From Patescibacteria group bacterium (GTDB lineage Bacteria > Patescibacteriota > Patescibacteriia > UBA9934), in assembly GCA_041659765.1 (NCBI GenBank), contig JBAZXR010000001.1:723338-787337 (forward strand): 64,000 bases of DNA, in the 5' to 3' direction. A model generated the notes under the pieces. That model was not told where the DNA came from. It made no database searches and was given only the letters and a program-made list of their open reading frames with translations. The translations under genes were made by a program, and so were the position numbers. Shown here piece after piece: positions 29,327 to 38,958 of the stretch (within the stretch, counting starts at the first letter, position 1; the number at the start of each line of letters is the position of its first letter).

Positions 29327-30399
29327 AGTTTTACATTAGAAGCTCGTCGACGAATCTCGGCCGTGTGTTCCCCAAAATCTACCTTTGTATCGGGATTTTT
29401 AACAAGTTCGTCAATTTTCTTCATGATCTCGCCCCTGATCGGACCAATGGGCGTACCAAGAAGTTCAAAAATTTCTTCTGGCGAAAGATGCGCGTCAGCA
29501 TACGCCTTTTTCACCGCCATTTTTGACGCCTTCTTCTCCCCAGCCTCCCGCGCTTCGTGCCTCTCTGGCATAGCCTCCCGCTCCGCACGGTACCAATTTA
29601 ACAGAGGCGTCAGATCATGGGACTTCGTTCTGCCATCACTGTGCAAACTCCCTGCTACCGCGTCTAAGAACAAACATACAGGCGCGAGATCAAGAAACAA
29701 ATCCTTATTCAGTCCCGCGCGACCAGCGAGAGCCGCAAAGGCCCTAAACTCAGCCGCACTTGGCGAAGCGGTAAACGTCGTAATGATATCCATGTGCAGC
29801 CGAATAAGCTCGGTCAACAGCTTGGCACTCGACGACGGCAGTTCAAAGTACTTCAATATCGCCTCACGGGCGTAGGCGAAAGCGGGCGACGCTCCCACGC
29901 GGTCATGGCCAAGGTAATGTACGCGTCCGAGTTCGTCGGTCTTCACGCATTCAGGTTTTCCGAGGTCATGCGCCATCACATACGCCGAAAGAAATTTCTC
30001 GTTGGTAGCAATAGTCGAGAAAAGCGAGGTCCATTCGGCAGAAAGTGTTTTTTCGCGCGCAAATTCCTCGATGGATGACGGGCCGGTCCCCGACGCCAGG
30101 ACCCTTCTATCCATCAGGGTCGCTGAGCTTATCGAAGCGAGGGGCCTAGAGGTGGAGGATTGGATGGCGAACAATACAGATAAAATTCTCACGAGGTGCG
30201 ATTCTACGGTCGGCCCTTCCGCATGATGCGGTGGCGTTTGCGAACAATCTACAAGCTTCTGAACCTCCGGCAGCTTCTTTGCAAGTTCAGCCACTATTTT
30301 TCGAGCCCGCTCCCCCGCTTCGGATAGCAAAACATCCTGCTCGATCCAATCGAGAAGGAAAACTCGGTCTGGCGGTGTCGATACAGGCTTTCCGAACAT
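29323..30399 (-). CDS. HD-domain phosphohydrolase (hypothetical)
   Basis: H...HD spacing (HHAEGPTVESH, MAHDLGKP) typical of HD domains. Confidence 0.45.
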   Translation of the reverse strand: MFGKPVSTPPDRVFLLDWIEQDVLLSEAGERARKIVAELAKKLPEVQKLVDCSQTPPHHAEGPTVESHLVRILSVLFAIQSSTSRPLASISSATLMDRRVLASGTGPSSIEEFAREKTLSAEWTSLFSTIATNEKFLSAYVMAHDLGKPECVKTDELGRVHYLGHDRVGASPAFAYAREAILKYFELPSSSAKLLTELIRLHMDIITTFTASPSAAEFRAFAALAGRAGLNKDLFLDLAPVCLFLDAVAGSLHSDGRTKSHDLTPLLNWYRAEREAMPERHEAREAGEKKASKMAVKKAYADAHLSPEEIFELLGTPIGPIRGEIMKKIDELVKNPDTKVDFGEHTAEIRRRASNVKL

Positions 30400-30403
30400 G
30401 AAG

Positions 30404-31276
30404 CTATTCTAGCACCCGTAAGATTTCCTCAACACTGGGGCCTGGTTTCTCGACGGTCGACGGATAGCCCCAGCAGCGGTCTTTGCCGAAAACGTACCCG
30501 CCGAAAGTTTCGTGCAGCTTGGGCGCAAGCGCGGTGTCTTGAACCGAAATTCGTTGGGTACCTTCAACAACCAGTGTGACGGGCGGCTCGTCGTAGTTTT
30601 CGGCGAGGATAATGGAAAGTGCCTCGCGAATTCTAGTGTCTGTCGGCGTCCCCACAATGATCACGCCGTCTCGCTCCTCTCTGGCCTCCCACGCTTTGCG
30701 TGCCTCGACCATACCTTCAGGTCGAGAACCGCCGAGTTCATCCAAAAATGACAAATAGTAGTCCATGATGCGCTTGCGATCGGCCTTTCCTATCCCCTCG
30801 CGTGATAATTCCCACACCCAACCTCTATCCATCATGCCAACGCCTTTAACAAGGAACGGATCGAAACCAAGCTCCACGAGTTTTTTGTCGCTCAAATCGA
30901 ACATGACCAAGAATTGATCGAGCGAGCTCTCCTGTTTCATACGGTTCAGCCCTTCGTACCGGTGATGATCAATAATAACTACTTCGAACCCCTCTTTTTC
31001 GAGCTCTGCTTCACGTACTGGGCCGGGTGTTTCGACAATAACAACAGTTTTCGCTTCCGGGTTCGCCTTTGTGAGACGCGCTTCGAGATCTTTCTCAAGT
31101 TCAAGCTTTGCGCCATGTTGCTGAGGCGAAACCACCGTCGGAATCCCCGCGGCCTGGGCGATTTTCAAGATAAGTACGGATTCTTCGTCGTTTTTTGGGC
31201 ACAGGAGGACGACTTTTGCGAGATCGATTATCATACGGGCACATCTTACCGAAAATTCCAGGATCGGTCGACGCAC
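30404..31276 (-). CDS. Hypothetical protein with a DHH-like motif
   Basis: VVIIDHHRYEG motif. Otherwise unrecognised. Confidence 0.3.
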   Translation of the reverse strand: MRRPILEFSVRCARMIIDLAKVVLLCPKNDEESVLILKIAQAAGIPTVVSPQQHGAKLELEKDLEARLTKANPEAKTVVIVETPGPVREAELEKEGFEVVIIDHHRYEGLNRMKQESSLDQFLVMFDLSDKKLVELGFDPFLVKGVGMMDRGWVWELSREGIGKADRKRIMDYYLSFLDELGGSRPEGMVEARKAWEAREERDGVIIVGTPTDTRIREALSIILAENYDEPPVTLVVEGTQRISVQDTALAPKLHETFGGYVFGKDRCWGYPSTVEKPGPSVEEILRVLE

Positions 31277-31295
31277 TGGTCGACCCCTCTCTCAT

Positions 31296-31727
31296 ATGCC
31301 CAATCTTTTTATTCTGCGAGGAATCCCTGGATCCGGAAAATCCACCTACGCAAAATCTCAACCCGGTGCAGTTATCTGTTCAGCGGATGACTTTTTTGTG
31401 CAACCGGACGGTTCGTACGCATATGACAAGTCCAAAATCCAACTGGCTCATGATTTCTGTTTCAAAAAATGCCATGACGCGCTCCACGCCGGCGAGCAAA
31501 CGGTGATTATAGACAACATGAACACTACGGCCTGGGAAATCTCCCCCTACGTCATGCTCGGCCGGAATTTTGGGTATAGGGTTGAAATTCTAAACTTCCC
31601 GTGCGACCAACAAGTCGGCGTATCCCGTAATGTCCATCACGTTCCACTGAAAGATATAGAAAAAACTGCCAAACTCATAAAAACTACAAAGCTACCCAAA
31701 AGCTGGCTCCAAAGCGATGCGTGCTAA
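31296..31727 (+). CDS. P-loop kinase (AAA/PNK-like)
   Basis: GIPGSGKST Walker A and a DNM Walker-B-like motif. 143 aa. Confidence 0.6.
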   Translation: MPNLFILRGIPGSGKSTYAKSQPGAVICSADDFFVQPDGSYAYDKSKIQLAHDFCFKKCHDALHAGEQTVIIDNMNTTAWEISPYVMLGRNFGYRVEILNFPCDQQVGVSRNVHHVPLKDIEKTAKLIKTTKLPKSWLQSDAC

Positions 31728-31791
31728 TCACCTAATAGTAAACAATCAGTGGTGAATCCGGCTTCATAGAAGTCTGATTCGCGGAGTTATA

Positions 31792-32109
31792 TTATTGCGT
31801 TAAAAAGTGCCAAGTAAAATATCCGGCCAAAATAATCACACCACATAATGTGGTTACAAGTGCAAAAGTAAGTGCCTTTTTCAAATGATCTACTTGTGGT
31901 TTAAAAGGCATGACATAAAAAAGGGCGGTAAAAAGCGCATAAACCGCCACGGAAAAAATGCTTTTTGTGGTCCAATGATGGCCGGATAAGTTTTTTAACC
32001 AATCTTTTAAACCAGCCGCTTCTTCCGCCCAAATAACTACAATAACTACGAAAAAAATAGTGATGATGGAGGAGATTGTCGAAGAAAAAATCAATTTTTG
32101 CTTATTCAT
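31792..32109 (-). CDS. Hypothetical membrane protein
   Basis: 105 aa with three TM helices. Lower-GC segment. Confidence 0.35.
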   Translation of the reverse strand: MNKQKLIFSSTISSIITIFFVVIVVIWAEEAAGLKDWLKNLSGHHWTTKSIFSVAVYALFTALFYVMPFKPQVDHLKKALTFALVTTLCGVIILAGYFTWHFLTQ

Positions 32110-32113
32110 AAAA

Positions 32114-32602
32114 TTATGCGGCTACGCCCCATCTAGCGGCCGCTGACACTATGAAACCCAAGCCACCAATTAACAAACCAAGCGCCGCTACAGTTATAGT
32201 CAACCAAATAGCGTGTTTTTTCAACTGTGATCTTTCATATTCGCCCTTTGGTAAGAGCGTTATAAAAAATACTGTCATGGCCAATGGAATGATAAACAAA
32301 AAGATGTGTTCTTTTGTTTCCATTACAATTCCGTGTACCCATGGAGCTACGCCGGATTTTATTACCGGTTTTACCAACGAGCCATAATAAACTACATAAT
32401 AATAACCACCAGCCAACCAGCTTAAAACGAACGCTACTAGCCCCACTAAAGAAGTAATCATCCTACTCTTAGAAGAACCGGCATTATCTTTCAATTTCCC
32501 GAGCAACCACAAAAACGCATCAATTCCTATAATTGCGCAACCAAGGTGTAAACCTATAAGTACCGGCTTACTGTGTAAGATAGCGATAATGTCCACGGGC
32601 AA
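32114..32602 (-). CDS. Hypothetical membrane protein
   Basis: 162 aa with four or five TM helices. Confidence 0.4.
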   Translation of the reverse strand: MPVDIIAILHSKPVLIGLHLGCAIIGIDAFLWLLGKLKDNAGSSKSRMITSLVGLVAFVLSWLAGGYYYVVYYGSLVKPVIKSGVAPWVHGIVMETKEHIFLFIIPLAMTVFFITLLPKGEYERSQLKKHAIWLTITVAALGLLIGGLGFIVSAAARWGVAA

Positions 32603-32736
32603 TATTATACAACAGCGGTTTACCTTATATTTAGAGCTGGCTTGTATCTAAGTCATCAGATCTTCTACCTAACCAGCAAATTTAATTCAGGTTCTCCATT
32701 TTTGGCCAACTTTAGCCACTTTATAGCCAGTCCCAC

Positions 32737-32765
32737 TTGACAATGATGGGATTTTTTGCTATGAT
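32737..32765 (+). promoter_or_regulatory. Consensus promoter
   Basis: TTGACA, 17-bp spacer, TGCTATGAT, with an upstream TTAGCCA element. Drives a roughly 340-nt GC-rich transcript unit. Confidence 0.5.
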
Positions 32766-33114
32766 AACCCTCGTCCGCAGCGGCTCTCGAGCAATCGAGT
32801 TCACCCCCGCTTCGGCGACAAGACGAGGTGTTCGATGACGAACTATTTGCCCGAGATCACGAAGAGCGACCACGCGGTTGCTTCTCACGACTGTAAGTTC
32901 AACCATCTGTTCGACAACACGCTCGGCGAGACCGACGCGAGCTGATCACCGACACGTCGTCGGCGATAGCTACACCTATCCACCGGAGGACCATCAATGG
33001 TTCGTAACCGTGACCCGCCTTTCAACCCCGCAACCCCCGCGTATCCATAACATTCTCGCGCAATATAACGCTGGAATCTGGAACGCGGGGTTTTCTTTTT
33101 GGATGAACACCCGT

Positions 33115-33915
33115 CTAACCTAACAGTTTCTTCACGAACCTATCAGCCGTGATTTCAACTTGTCTGACTTCTGGTTTTTCGCCGGTCTTTAGATATCGTT
33201 CGAATGATTTGTTGTTATGCTCTAAAGCTGTCTGCTGAATGGCCTCCACCTCTTTATCTTCTGGATCTGTATTACGTATTTCAATATCCTCGCCCAAAAG
33301 TGCCTTAACTTTCGCTTCACTGCGTTTACCAAGAAGCCATGACTTCATGATGATAGTCTTGGCTGGAATCTCTCCGCTTTGTAGCTTTTTGGCGAACAGT
33401 GCAAATCCTTCAATAGTTTTGGCAAGAAACTCTTCACTCGATACCCCGGAAGCACCCAGATGAAGTGAAATAACGCCGTTTCCCTCATCGTTATAATGCA
33501 CAACTGCATTCAAACGATATTTATCCGCGCCTTCCCCGCCAAACTCCTGGTCAGGATTCCACATGGCCAGCATTTCATCAGCCAAACGCAGGTTCACTAA
33601 GTTTTTTGCAAAACCCAGCGCCGTAAAATCCCCCGCTTCACAATCGTTTAATGCCCCCTCGAGCAAACTCTTGGCCTTTTCTACATTTGGGATAGCCTCA
33701 TTAATTGGTTGAGAAAACCTAGCCAGATAAAAATCATGCATCCGGCGCGCCATCTCGTCGTGGTTTGATTCCGACGAATAGAGCTTCTGATAAAGCTCAA
33801 AACTGCCGGTAAATCTCTTAAATGCTGGATTGCTAACAAGCGCTTCAGCCTTCTCTTTATCTAGATCCCGCCCCTCTTCTCGCCCTTCTTCCTTCATATG
33901 ACCGGATTTTACCAT
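33115..33915 (-). CDS. Hypothetical protein
   Basis: 266 aa, soluble. No motif recognised. Confidence 0.45.
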   Translation of the reverse strand: MVKSGHMKEEGREEGRDLDKEKAEALVSNPAFKRFTGSFELYQKLYSSESNHDEMARRMHDFYLARFSQPINEAIPNVEKAKSLLEGALNDCEAGDFTALGFAKNLVNLRLADEMLAMWNPDQEFGGEGADKYRLNAVVHYNDEGNGVISLHLGASGVSSEEFLAKTIEGFALFAKKLQSGEIPAKTIIMKSWLLGKRSEAKVKALLGEDIEIRNTDPEDKEVEAIQQTALEHNNKSFERYLKTGEKPEVRQVEITADRFVKKLLG

Positions 33916-33950
33916 AATTTCCTCTTTTGGCTCATATTAGCCACAAAACA

Positions 33951-33979
33951 TTGACAAAAGCGCGTTTTTTTGCTATACT
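33951..33979 (+). promoter_or_regulatory. Cassette promoter A
   Basis: ACATTGACAAAA, 17-bp spacer, TTTTTTGCTATACT. Near-identical to 35166 and 60307. Confidence 0.65.
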
Positions 33980-34024
33980 AAACGGGTTTTCTGTTAGCAA
34001 ATTTCACACCGTTTGGAGGATTTA

Positions 34025-34348
34025 ATGGAACGTAACAAGCTTTCAATCGCCATTCCCGCAGCGCTCGTGAGCATAGCGCTCTGTGTGGCTGCCGCCATCT
34101 GGAATCACCATTTGGCGACCCGCCAACAGGATTCGCCCAAGGCCGAGCTCCAACCATTCATCAGTGGCACATGGACGTGCGAGGATCAGTCTAGCGCGAC
34201 CAGAGTCGACGCCGAGGCTATCTCGGGTGATTTCGGAGACAAGATCGTCTCCGGAAGCTTCACGAGCCCGACCACGCTCGAGCTCAAGGTCCAATCGAAA
34301 GACGGGAGCGCCGCTAGCGAGAACATCCGCTGCTGGCAACAGCAGTAG
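34025..34348 (+). CDS. Small secreted/membrane-anchored 2-Cys protein (cassette A)
   Basis: RBS ggagga, start MERNK. One TM or signal helix. Cys in TWTCED and IRCWQQ. Confidence 0.5.
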   Translation: MERNKLSIAIPAALVSIALCVAAAIWNHHLATRQQDSPKAELQPFISGTWTCEDQSSATRVDAEAISGDFGDKIVSGSFTSPTTLELKVQSKDGSAASENIRCWQQQ

Positions 34349-34367
34349 CCAGACCCGTCAAAACGAC

Positions 34368-34425
34368 AAAACCGCACCCCGAAGAGCCAATCCGGCGCTC
34401 CTCGACGGTGCGGTTCTTCTTTTAA
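34368..34425 (+). terminator. Cassette terminator A
   Basis: aaaccgcacc...ggtgcggtt long hairpin plus TCTTCTTTT. About 90% identical to 35462-35515. Confidence 0.6.
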
Positions 34426-34429
34426 TTAA

Positions 34430-34837
34430 CTAGTTGATCAGAAACCATAAAACGCCCGCGATACAAACTAAACCGAGAATAAGAAAAGCGTAACCAAGGA
34501 TCAGGTATCCTTTCGCCGCCGTAATGGCTCGCGCATCAAAATGATATACACCAGCATAGGAAAGATGCTTAATGTACTTACGAATAAAGGCCGCTTTAGC
34601 CGTGTTAATCATGGAAAAACCAAAACTGATAGCCACGATACTCACGACTAAACCGATGACTGAGCCGAATCCGGTCATCTGCTCAAATCCGAAAAAAATA
34701 ACTGGCGTTCCTAAAGTGACCGCTAGACAAAGAAATGAATACCATGCGTACCGATTGGCTCTGTACAAGTCTCGCGGTGTGAGGCGATCGTCGTATGCGT
34801 ATACCTTCTTCATGTAATCCTTCTTTGTCATTTCCAT
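34430..34837 (-). CDS. Hypothetical membrane protein
   Basis: 135 aa with three TM helices. Confidence 0.4.
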   Translation of the reverse strand: MEMTKKDYMKKVYAYDDRLTPRDLYRANRYAWYSFLCLAVTLGTPVIFFGFEQMTGFGSVIGLVVSIVAISFGFSMINTAKAAFIRKYIKHLSYAGVYHFDARAITAAKGYLILGYAFLILGLVCIAGVLWFLIN

Positions 34838-34900
34838 ATATGATCTCAGTATAAACCAAACTCCGCCCTTTTATGGCGGAGTGGTTGGTGCCGAGTTATG

Positions 34901-34973
34901 TGGACCCGACGGGAGTTGAACCAGTAACTCCCAGGTGATAATCCGGGGTGGTTACCAATTACCGCACGGGCCC
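34901..34973 (-). pseudogene. Degenerate tRNA-like element (anticodon-loop UAU, no CCA)
   Basis: Reverse complement folds with acceptor GGGCCCG/CGGGTCC (G3:U70), U8, a 3-bp D-stem, anticodon loop ATTATCA, and a GGTTCAACT T-loop. One mismatch each in the anticodon and T stems. C37. Confidence 0.35.
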
Positions 34974-35165
34974 AATGGGGAGTAGTCCTTGGCTTGGCAT
35001 AAAACAAATACAAACCCCGCCAATAAAGGGGAGTTTGCTTTTGTATCACCTGGGATAAGCCCGTGCGGGTAACCTACCCGGTACATACATTCCACCATAT
35101 CTCCCGGCACCCCGTCAAAACTTATCCACATTCACCTCATTTTCGCTCATTTTAGCCATAATACA

Positions 35166-35194
35166 TTGACAAAACCTCACTTTTTTGCTACACT
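35166..35194 (+). promoter_or_regulatory. Cassette promoter B
   Basis: ACATTGACAAAA, 17-bp spacer, TTTTTTGCTACACT. Confidence 0.65.
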
Positions 35195-35227
35195 AAAAGG
35201 GTTTTTAACAACAGTTTGGAGGATTTC

Positions 35228-35452
35228 ATGGGCGAACAAAAGCAAGACGGACGTATCCGAATCTTGGTCTACGGCTCCGCCATAGGCATCTTCCTTCTCG
35301 TTGTACTCTTCTTGATCGCCGCGACTACCATGGGCAAACCGTCCATAACGCAGTCCGACCATGATTCCTGGATCTGTACCGGTTGGGCGTACGACCCCTC
35401 ATGGGGCTATTTCAACTGCCGAGAAGTCGACAACAACAAGCCTTCGAAGTAA
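35228..35452 (+). CDS. Small secreted/membrane-anchored 2-Cys protein (cassette B)
   Basis: RBS ggagga, start MGEQKQ. TM helix. SWICTGW...FNCREV. Confidence 0.5.
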   Translation: MGEQKQDGRIRILVYGSAIGIFLLVVLFLIAATTMGKPSITQSDHDSWICTGWAYDPSWGYFNCREVDNNKPSK

Positions 35453-35461
35453 TCACAACAA

Positions 35462-35515
35462 AACCGCACCCCGAAGAGCCACACGGCGCTCCTCGACGGT
35501 GCGGTTCTTCCTTTT
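35462..35515. terminator. Cassette terminator B, also serves convergent ileS
   Basis: aaaaccgcacc...ggtgcggtt hairpin with TCTTCCTTTTCT. Confidence 0.6.
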
Positions 35516-38380
35516 CTAGAACCCAACCGACAAATCCTGCTCTGCCACGCGGAAACTTGCGACGTTTGCCAGGCCTTCTTTTTTCCCGAATTCTACTTTG
35601 CTCGAAAGGGTATCGTTCTTCATGTCCTCGCCGAATTCTTCGTACATCTTCATCACTTCGGCGGAATCAGACCAAATAAACAGATGAATACGGTCGGCAA
35701 TAGTCATGCCGGCGTCTTTGCGAAGGCCATTAACTTTTCGAGTCACCTCGCGGGCGATTCCCTCGCGGACTAACTCGGGTGTGAGCTTGAGATCGACCTC
35801 AACTTTAAGATCGCCCTTTTTGACAGAGGCTTTTTTGATGTTTGTTTCGTCGAGGATTACGGCTTGAAGGTCTTTACTGATCTTACCGGTCGGCGTAGTG
35901 ATTTCGGCTGAACCGAGAGCCTGTTTCACGGCCATTCCAGATTCGACACGGACTTCCATGATGCGGGAAACAATCGCCCGCACCTCCCCCATCTGTTCAA
36001 TGGACTTCGCACTCACCTTTTCAGCCTTTGGCCACATTTCAAGGTGAACAGAATCCTTTTTGCCGAGTTCCTGCCAAATCATTTCAGCCAAGAATGGCAT
36101 GAAGGGAGCCGTCATCTTCGAGAATACTTCGAGAACATGTCGCAACGTGGCCAAAGCCTCGGCGCGGTCGTCACCATCCACTTTGACTCGGTCGCGAGAA
36201 CGGCGGACGTACCACTGAGAAAGGTCTGTCACGAATGACTGGAGAACGCGGGCGGCTTCAGAAAGCTCGTAGGCTTCCATCGAGGCAGTTTCAACGGCGA
36301 GTGTCTCGTTCAAGCGAGCAAGAATCCAAGCGTCGAGGACATGTTTACCATTCGGGGCGCGACCGTCATCGTGCTCAGCGTAAAGCTTATAAAAGCTGAC
36401 GCAGTTCTTCATGATCGTAATGAACTTCTTGCTTACTTCATCCACGCCAGCCTCGCTAAAGCGAAGATTCTCGGCGCGGACAACAGGGGTAGACATCAAA
36501 TAGTAACGGACAGCATCAGCGCCGTACTTTTCCATGACTTCCATGGGGTCCGGGTAGTTACTGAGGCGCTTGCTCATCTTCTTGCCGTCTTCTGCGAGCA
36601 CGATGCCGTTCACAATGACGTTTTCAAAAGCTGGCTTCTGGAAAAGGGCGTTCGCCAGCACGTGAAGCGTGTAGAACCAACCGCGTGTCTGGTCCTGACC
36701 CTCGGCAATGAACTGGGCAGGAAACTTGGCGTCGAATGACTCCTTGTTTTCGAATGGATAGTGAAGCTGTGCGTACGGCATTGAGCCAGATTCGAACCAG
36801 CAGTCGAGCACTTCTGGAATTCGGCGGAACTCCTTGCCGTCGCGTTCAATGACCAAAGAATCAACCACATGTTTGTGGAGGTTATCTACCTTGTGGCCGA
36901 CGAACTTTTCGAGCTCTTCAGCTGAACCAATGACGATCACTTCGCCGTCTTCACTCTTCCAAACCGGCAACGGCGTGCCCCAATAACGGGAACGTGAAAT
37001 GGCCCAATCACGCGCGCCCTCTAGCCACTTTCCAAAACGGCCTTCTTTCATGTTATCCGGCACCCAATTAATCTTTTGGTTGTTCTTCAAGAGCTCGTCG
37101 TTCATTTCTGAAACACGAACAAACCATGAACTCGTGGCGTAGTTCAAAAGCGGAGTGTCACAGCGCCAGCAGTGCGGGTAGCTGTGAACTATTTTCTCTT
37201 TGCCGAATAGTTTTCCGTGATGCGCGAGCCATTTGATGACTTGGATGTCGATGACCGAGTACTCCCCCTTTGCCTTCATCGGGATCCCTTCGACGGGATA
37301 GCCTTCTTCCGTCATCGGCTTGGCTACCTCGTCTACAAACTGGCCGTTCATCTTCACGTGCATGAGCGGTTTTACCTTTTCAGCCTCGCCCAACATCATG
37401 TCGTCGCTGCCAAAGCCGGGAGCGATGTGAACGGTTCCTGTTCCGTCAGTATCAGTCACGAAATCGCCAGAAACAATCCGGAAAGCGTTTCCGTGAGTAG
37501 CGAAGTACGGGAAAATGGGGCTGTACGTAGACTCCGTAAGGACGTTCCCGGCGAAAGTCTCGAGAACCTTCGGCTCCTTGCCCTTGAAAACGTGGCCGAG
37601 CCTACTCGTCGCGCAAATATAGCGTTCGCCGGATTCTTCGACGAGCGAATATTCCATGTCCGCGCCGACCGCAAGGAGAACGTTACCAGGCAAAGTCCAC
37701 GGAGTAGTCGTCCAAACAAGAATCTTCGCGCCTTTGTACTTCCCGCTCGTGATTTCAACAGCAACGGTCACCGAAATATCGGTTACGTCTAGGTAGCCCT
37801 GAGCGACTTCAAAGTTCGACAAAGAAGTCTCGCAGCGCGGACAGATTTGCATGGCTTTTCTACCCTCGTAGATGTAACCCTTCTCCCAAAGTGTAGAAAA
37901 TACCCACCAAATAGACTCCATGAATGGACGGTCCATGGTGCGGTACGCGTTGTCCATGTCTACCCAGCGGCCAAGACGGTTAATGACCTTTTTCCAGTCC
38001 TCGGCGTACTGTAATACGGTCGATTCACATTGATCGTTAAATGCGCCCACGCCGTAGTGCTCAATATCTTTACGGCTCTTCAAATCAAACTTTTTCTCAA
38101 CAATGTTTTCAATCGGCAAGCCGTGACAATCCCAACCCCAACGGCGGTCAACACGGTAGCCGCGCATGGTCCAAAAACGAGGCACTGCGTCCTTCATGAC
38201 GGAGGCGACAATGTGGCCGTAATGTGGCAAACCAGTTGCAAACGGCGGGCCGTCGTAGAAGGTGTAGGGCTTTGCTTCCGGGCGTTCGCTGACCGAGCGC
38301 TCGAAAACTTTATTCTTTTCCCAGTACTTGAGGATATCCAGTTCTTGGGTGGAATGAGCGGATTTTTTGTCGTCGGACAT
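35516..38380 (-). CDS. ileS: Isoleucine--tRNA ligase (type 2, eukaryote/archaea-like)
   Basis: 954 aa. PFATGLPHYGH (HIGH) and KMSKR. CP1 editing domain. Zn-binding C-terminal region absent or short, as in type 2. Confidence 0.93.
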   Translation of the reverse strand: MSDDKKSAHSTQELDILKYWEKNKVFERSVSERPEAKPYTFYDGPPFATGLPHYGHIVASVMKDAVPRFWTMRGYRVDRRWGWDCHGLPIENIVEKKFDLKSRKDIEHYGVGAFNDQCESTVLQYAEDWKKVINRLGRWVDMDNAYRTMDRPFMESIWWVFSTLWEKGYIYEGRKAMQICPRCETSLSNFEVAQGYLDVTDISVTVAVEITSGKYKGAKILVWTTTPWTLPGNVLLAVGADMEYSLVEESGERYICATSRLGHVFKGKEPKVLETFAGNVLTESTYSPIFPYFATHGNAFRIVSGDFVTDTDGTGTVHIAPGFGSDDMMLGEAEKVKPLMHVKMNGQFVDEVAKPMTEEGYPVEGIPMKAKGEYSVIDIQVIKWLAHHGKLFGKEKIVHSYPHCWRCDTPLLNYATSSWFVRVSEMNDELLKNNQKINWVPDNMKEGRFGKWLEGARDWAISRSRYWGTPLPVWKSEDGEVIVIGSAEELEKFVGHKVDNLHKHVVDSLVIERDGKEFRRIPEVLDCWFESGSMPYAQLHYPFENKESFDAKFPAQFIAEGQDQTRGWFYTLHVLANALFQKPAFENVIVNGIVLAEDGKKMSKRLSNYPDPMEVMEKYGADAVRYYLMSTPVVRAENLRFSEAGVDEVSKKFITIMKNCVSFYKLYAEHDDGRAPNGKHVLDAWILARLNETLAVETASMEAYELSEAARVLQSFVTDLSQWYVRRSRDRVKVDGDDRAEALATLRHVLEVFSKMTAPFMPFLAEMIWQELGKKDSVHLEMWPKAEKVSAKSIEQMGEVRAIVSRIMEVRVESGMAVKQALGSAEITTPTGKISKDLQAVILDETNIKKASVKKGDLKVEVDLKLTPELVREGIAREVTRKVNGLRKDAGMTIADRIHLFIWSDSAEVMKMYEEFGEDMKNDTLSSKVEFGKKEGLANVASFRVAEQDLSVGF

Positions 38381-38450
38381 AGAGGTTTGATACGTGAAAG
38401 TCTAAAGGGAAAAGCCTAAAATCGCAAGTTAAGAAAAAGAAGAAGGGGCC

Positions 38451-38825
38451 TCATGGCGAAGCCCCTTGACGAAAGGTCTGACGGAAACGGCAAGCATGCG
38501 GGATGACGCGTTCACCCGGCAAACGACGAGTGTGCCACTTGCCGTCAATTATTGGCTCATGATGCAAGACGGCGAATTCGAGGAAGTGTAGTGAGAGCGG
38601 CCGATAGCCGAGCGCGGCGTACCGGATCTCCCAAAAACACCATTCGTAGATCATCCTCTCCGTGAGTTCAGGAGTTCCCTGAACACGTGCATGGGCCACC
38701 ATAGCTGCCTTCCAGGAATAGAGGTAGCAAACCTCTTTCTTTGGCAAACAGCCCAAGTAGACAGCGATCATCGCTAGGACGGAGAGGAATCTATCCACCA
38801 GACCTCCCGGCCAATCGCTCGGCAC
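38451..38825 (-). CDS. Hypothetical protein
   Basis: 124-aa ORF upstream of ileS. No motif. Could be spurious within the leader/promoter region. Confidence 0.2.
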   Translation of the reverse strand: MPSDWPGGLVDRFLSVLAMIAVYLGCLPKKEVCYLYSWKAAMVAHARVQGTPELTERMIYEWCFWEIRYAALGYRPLSLHFLEFAVLHHEPIIDGKWHTRRLPGERVIPHACRFRQTFRQGASP

Positions 38826-38958
38826 ATCCAGGTTGCAATGCGGTTGTGAGTCACGTGCCAGGACATGCGATTAAGCGCGTGAAGCGTGATGCCAAGCGGG
38901 AAAATCATGGACACCTCCAGCGCAGGAGGTTAGCACTTCTGTATACTTAAGGCAACCT

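Noticed and set aside
34846-35049. ORF 34846..35049(-), 67 aa
   Set aside because: It overlaps the degenerate tRNA-like element and has no RBS.
36044-37792. Plus-strand ORFs inside ileS (36044..36238, 36341..36739, 37217..37792)
   Set aside because: They are antisense to a high-confidence 954-aa ileS.
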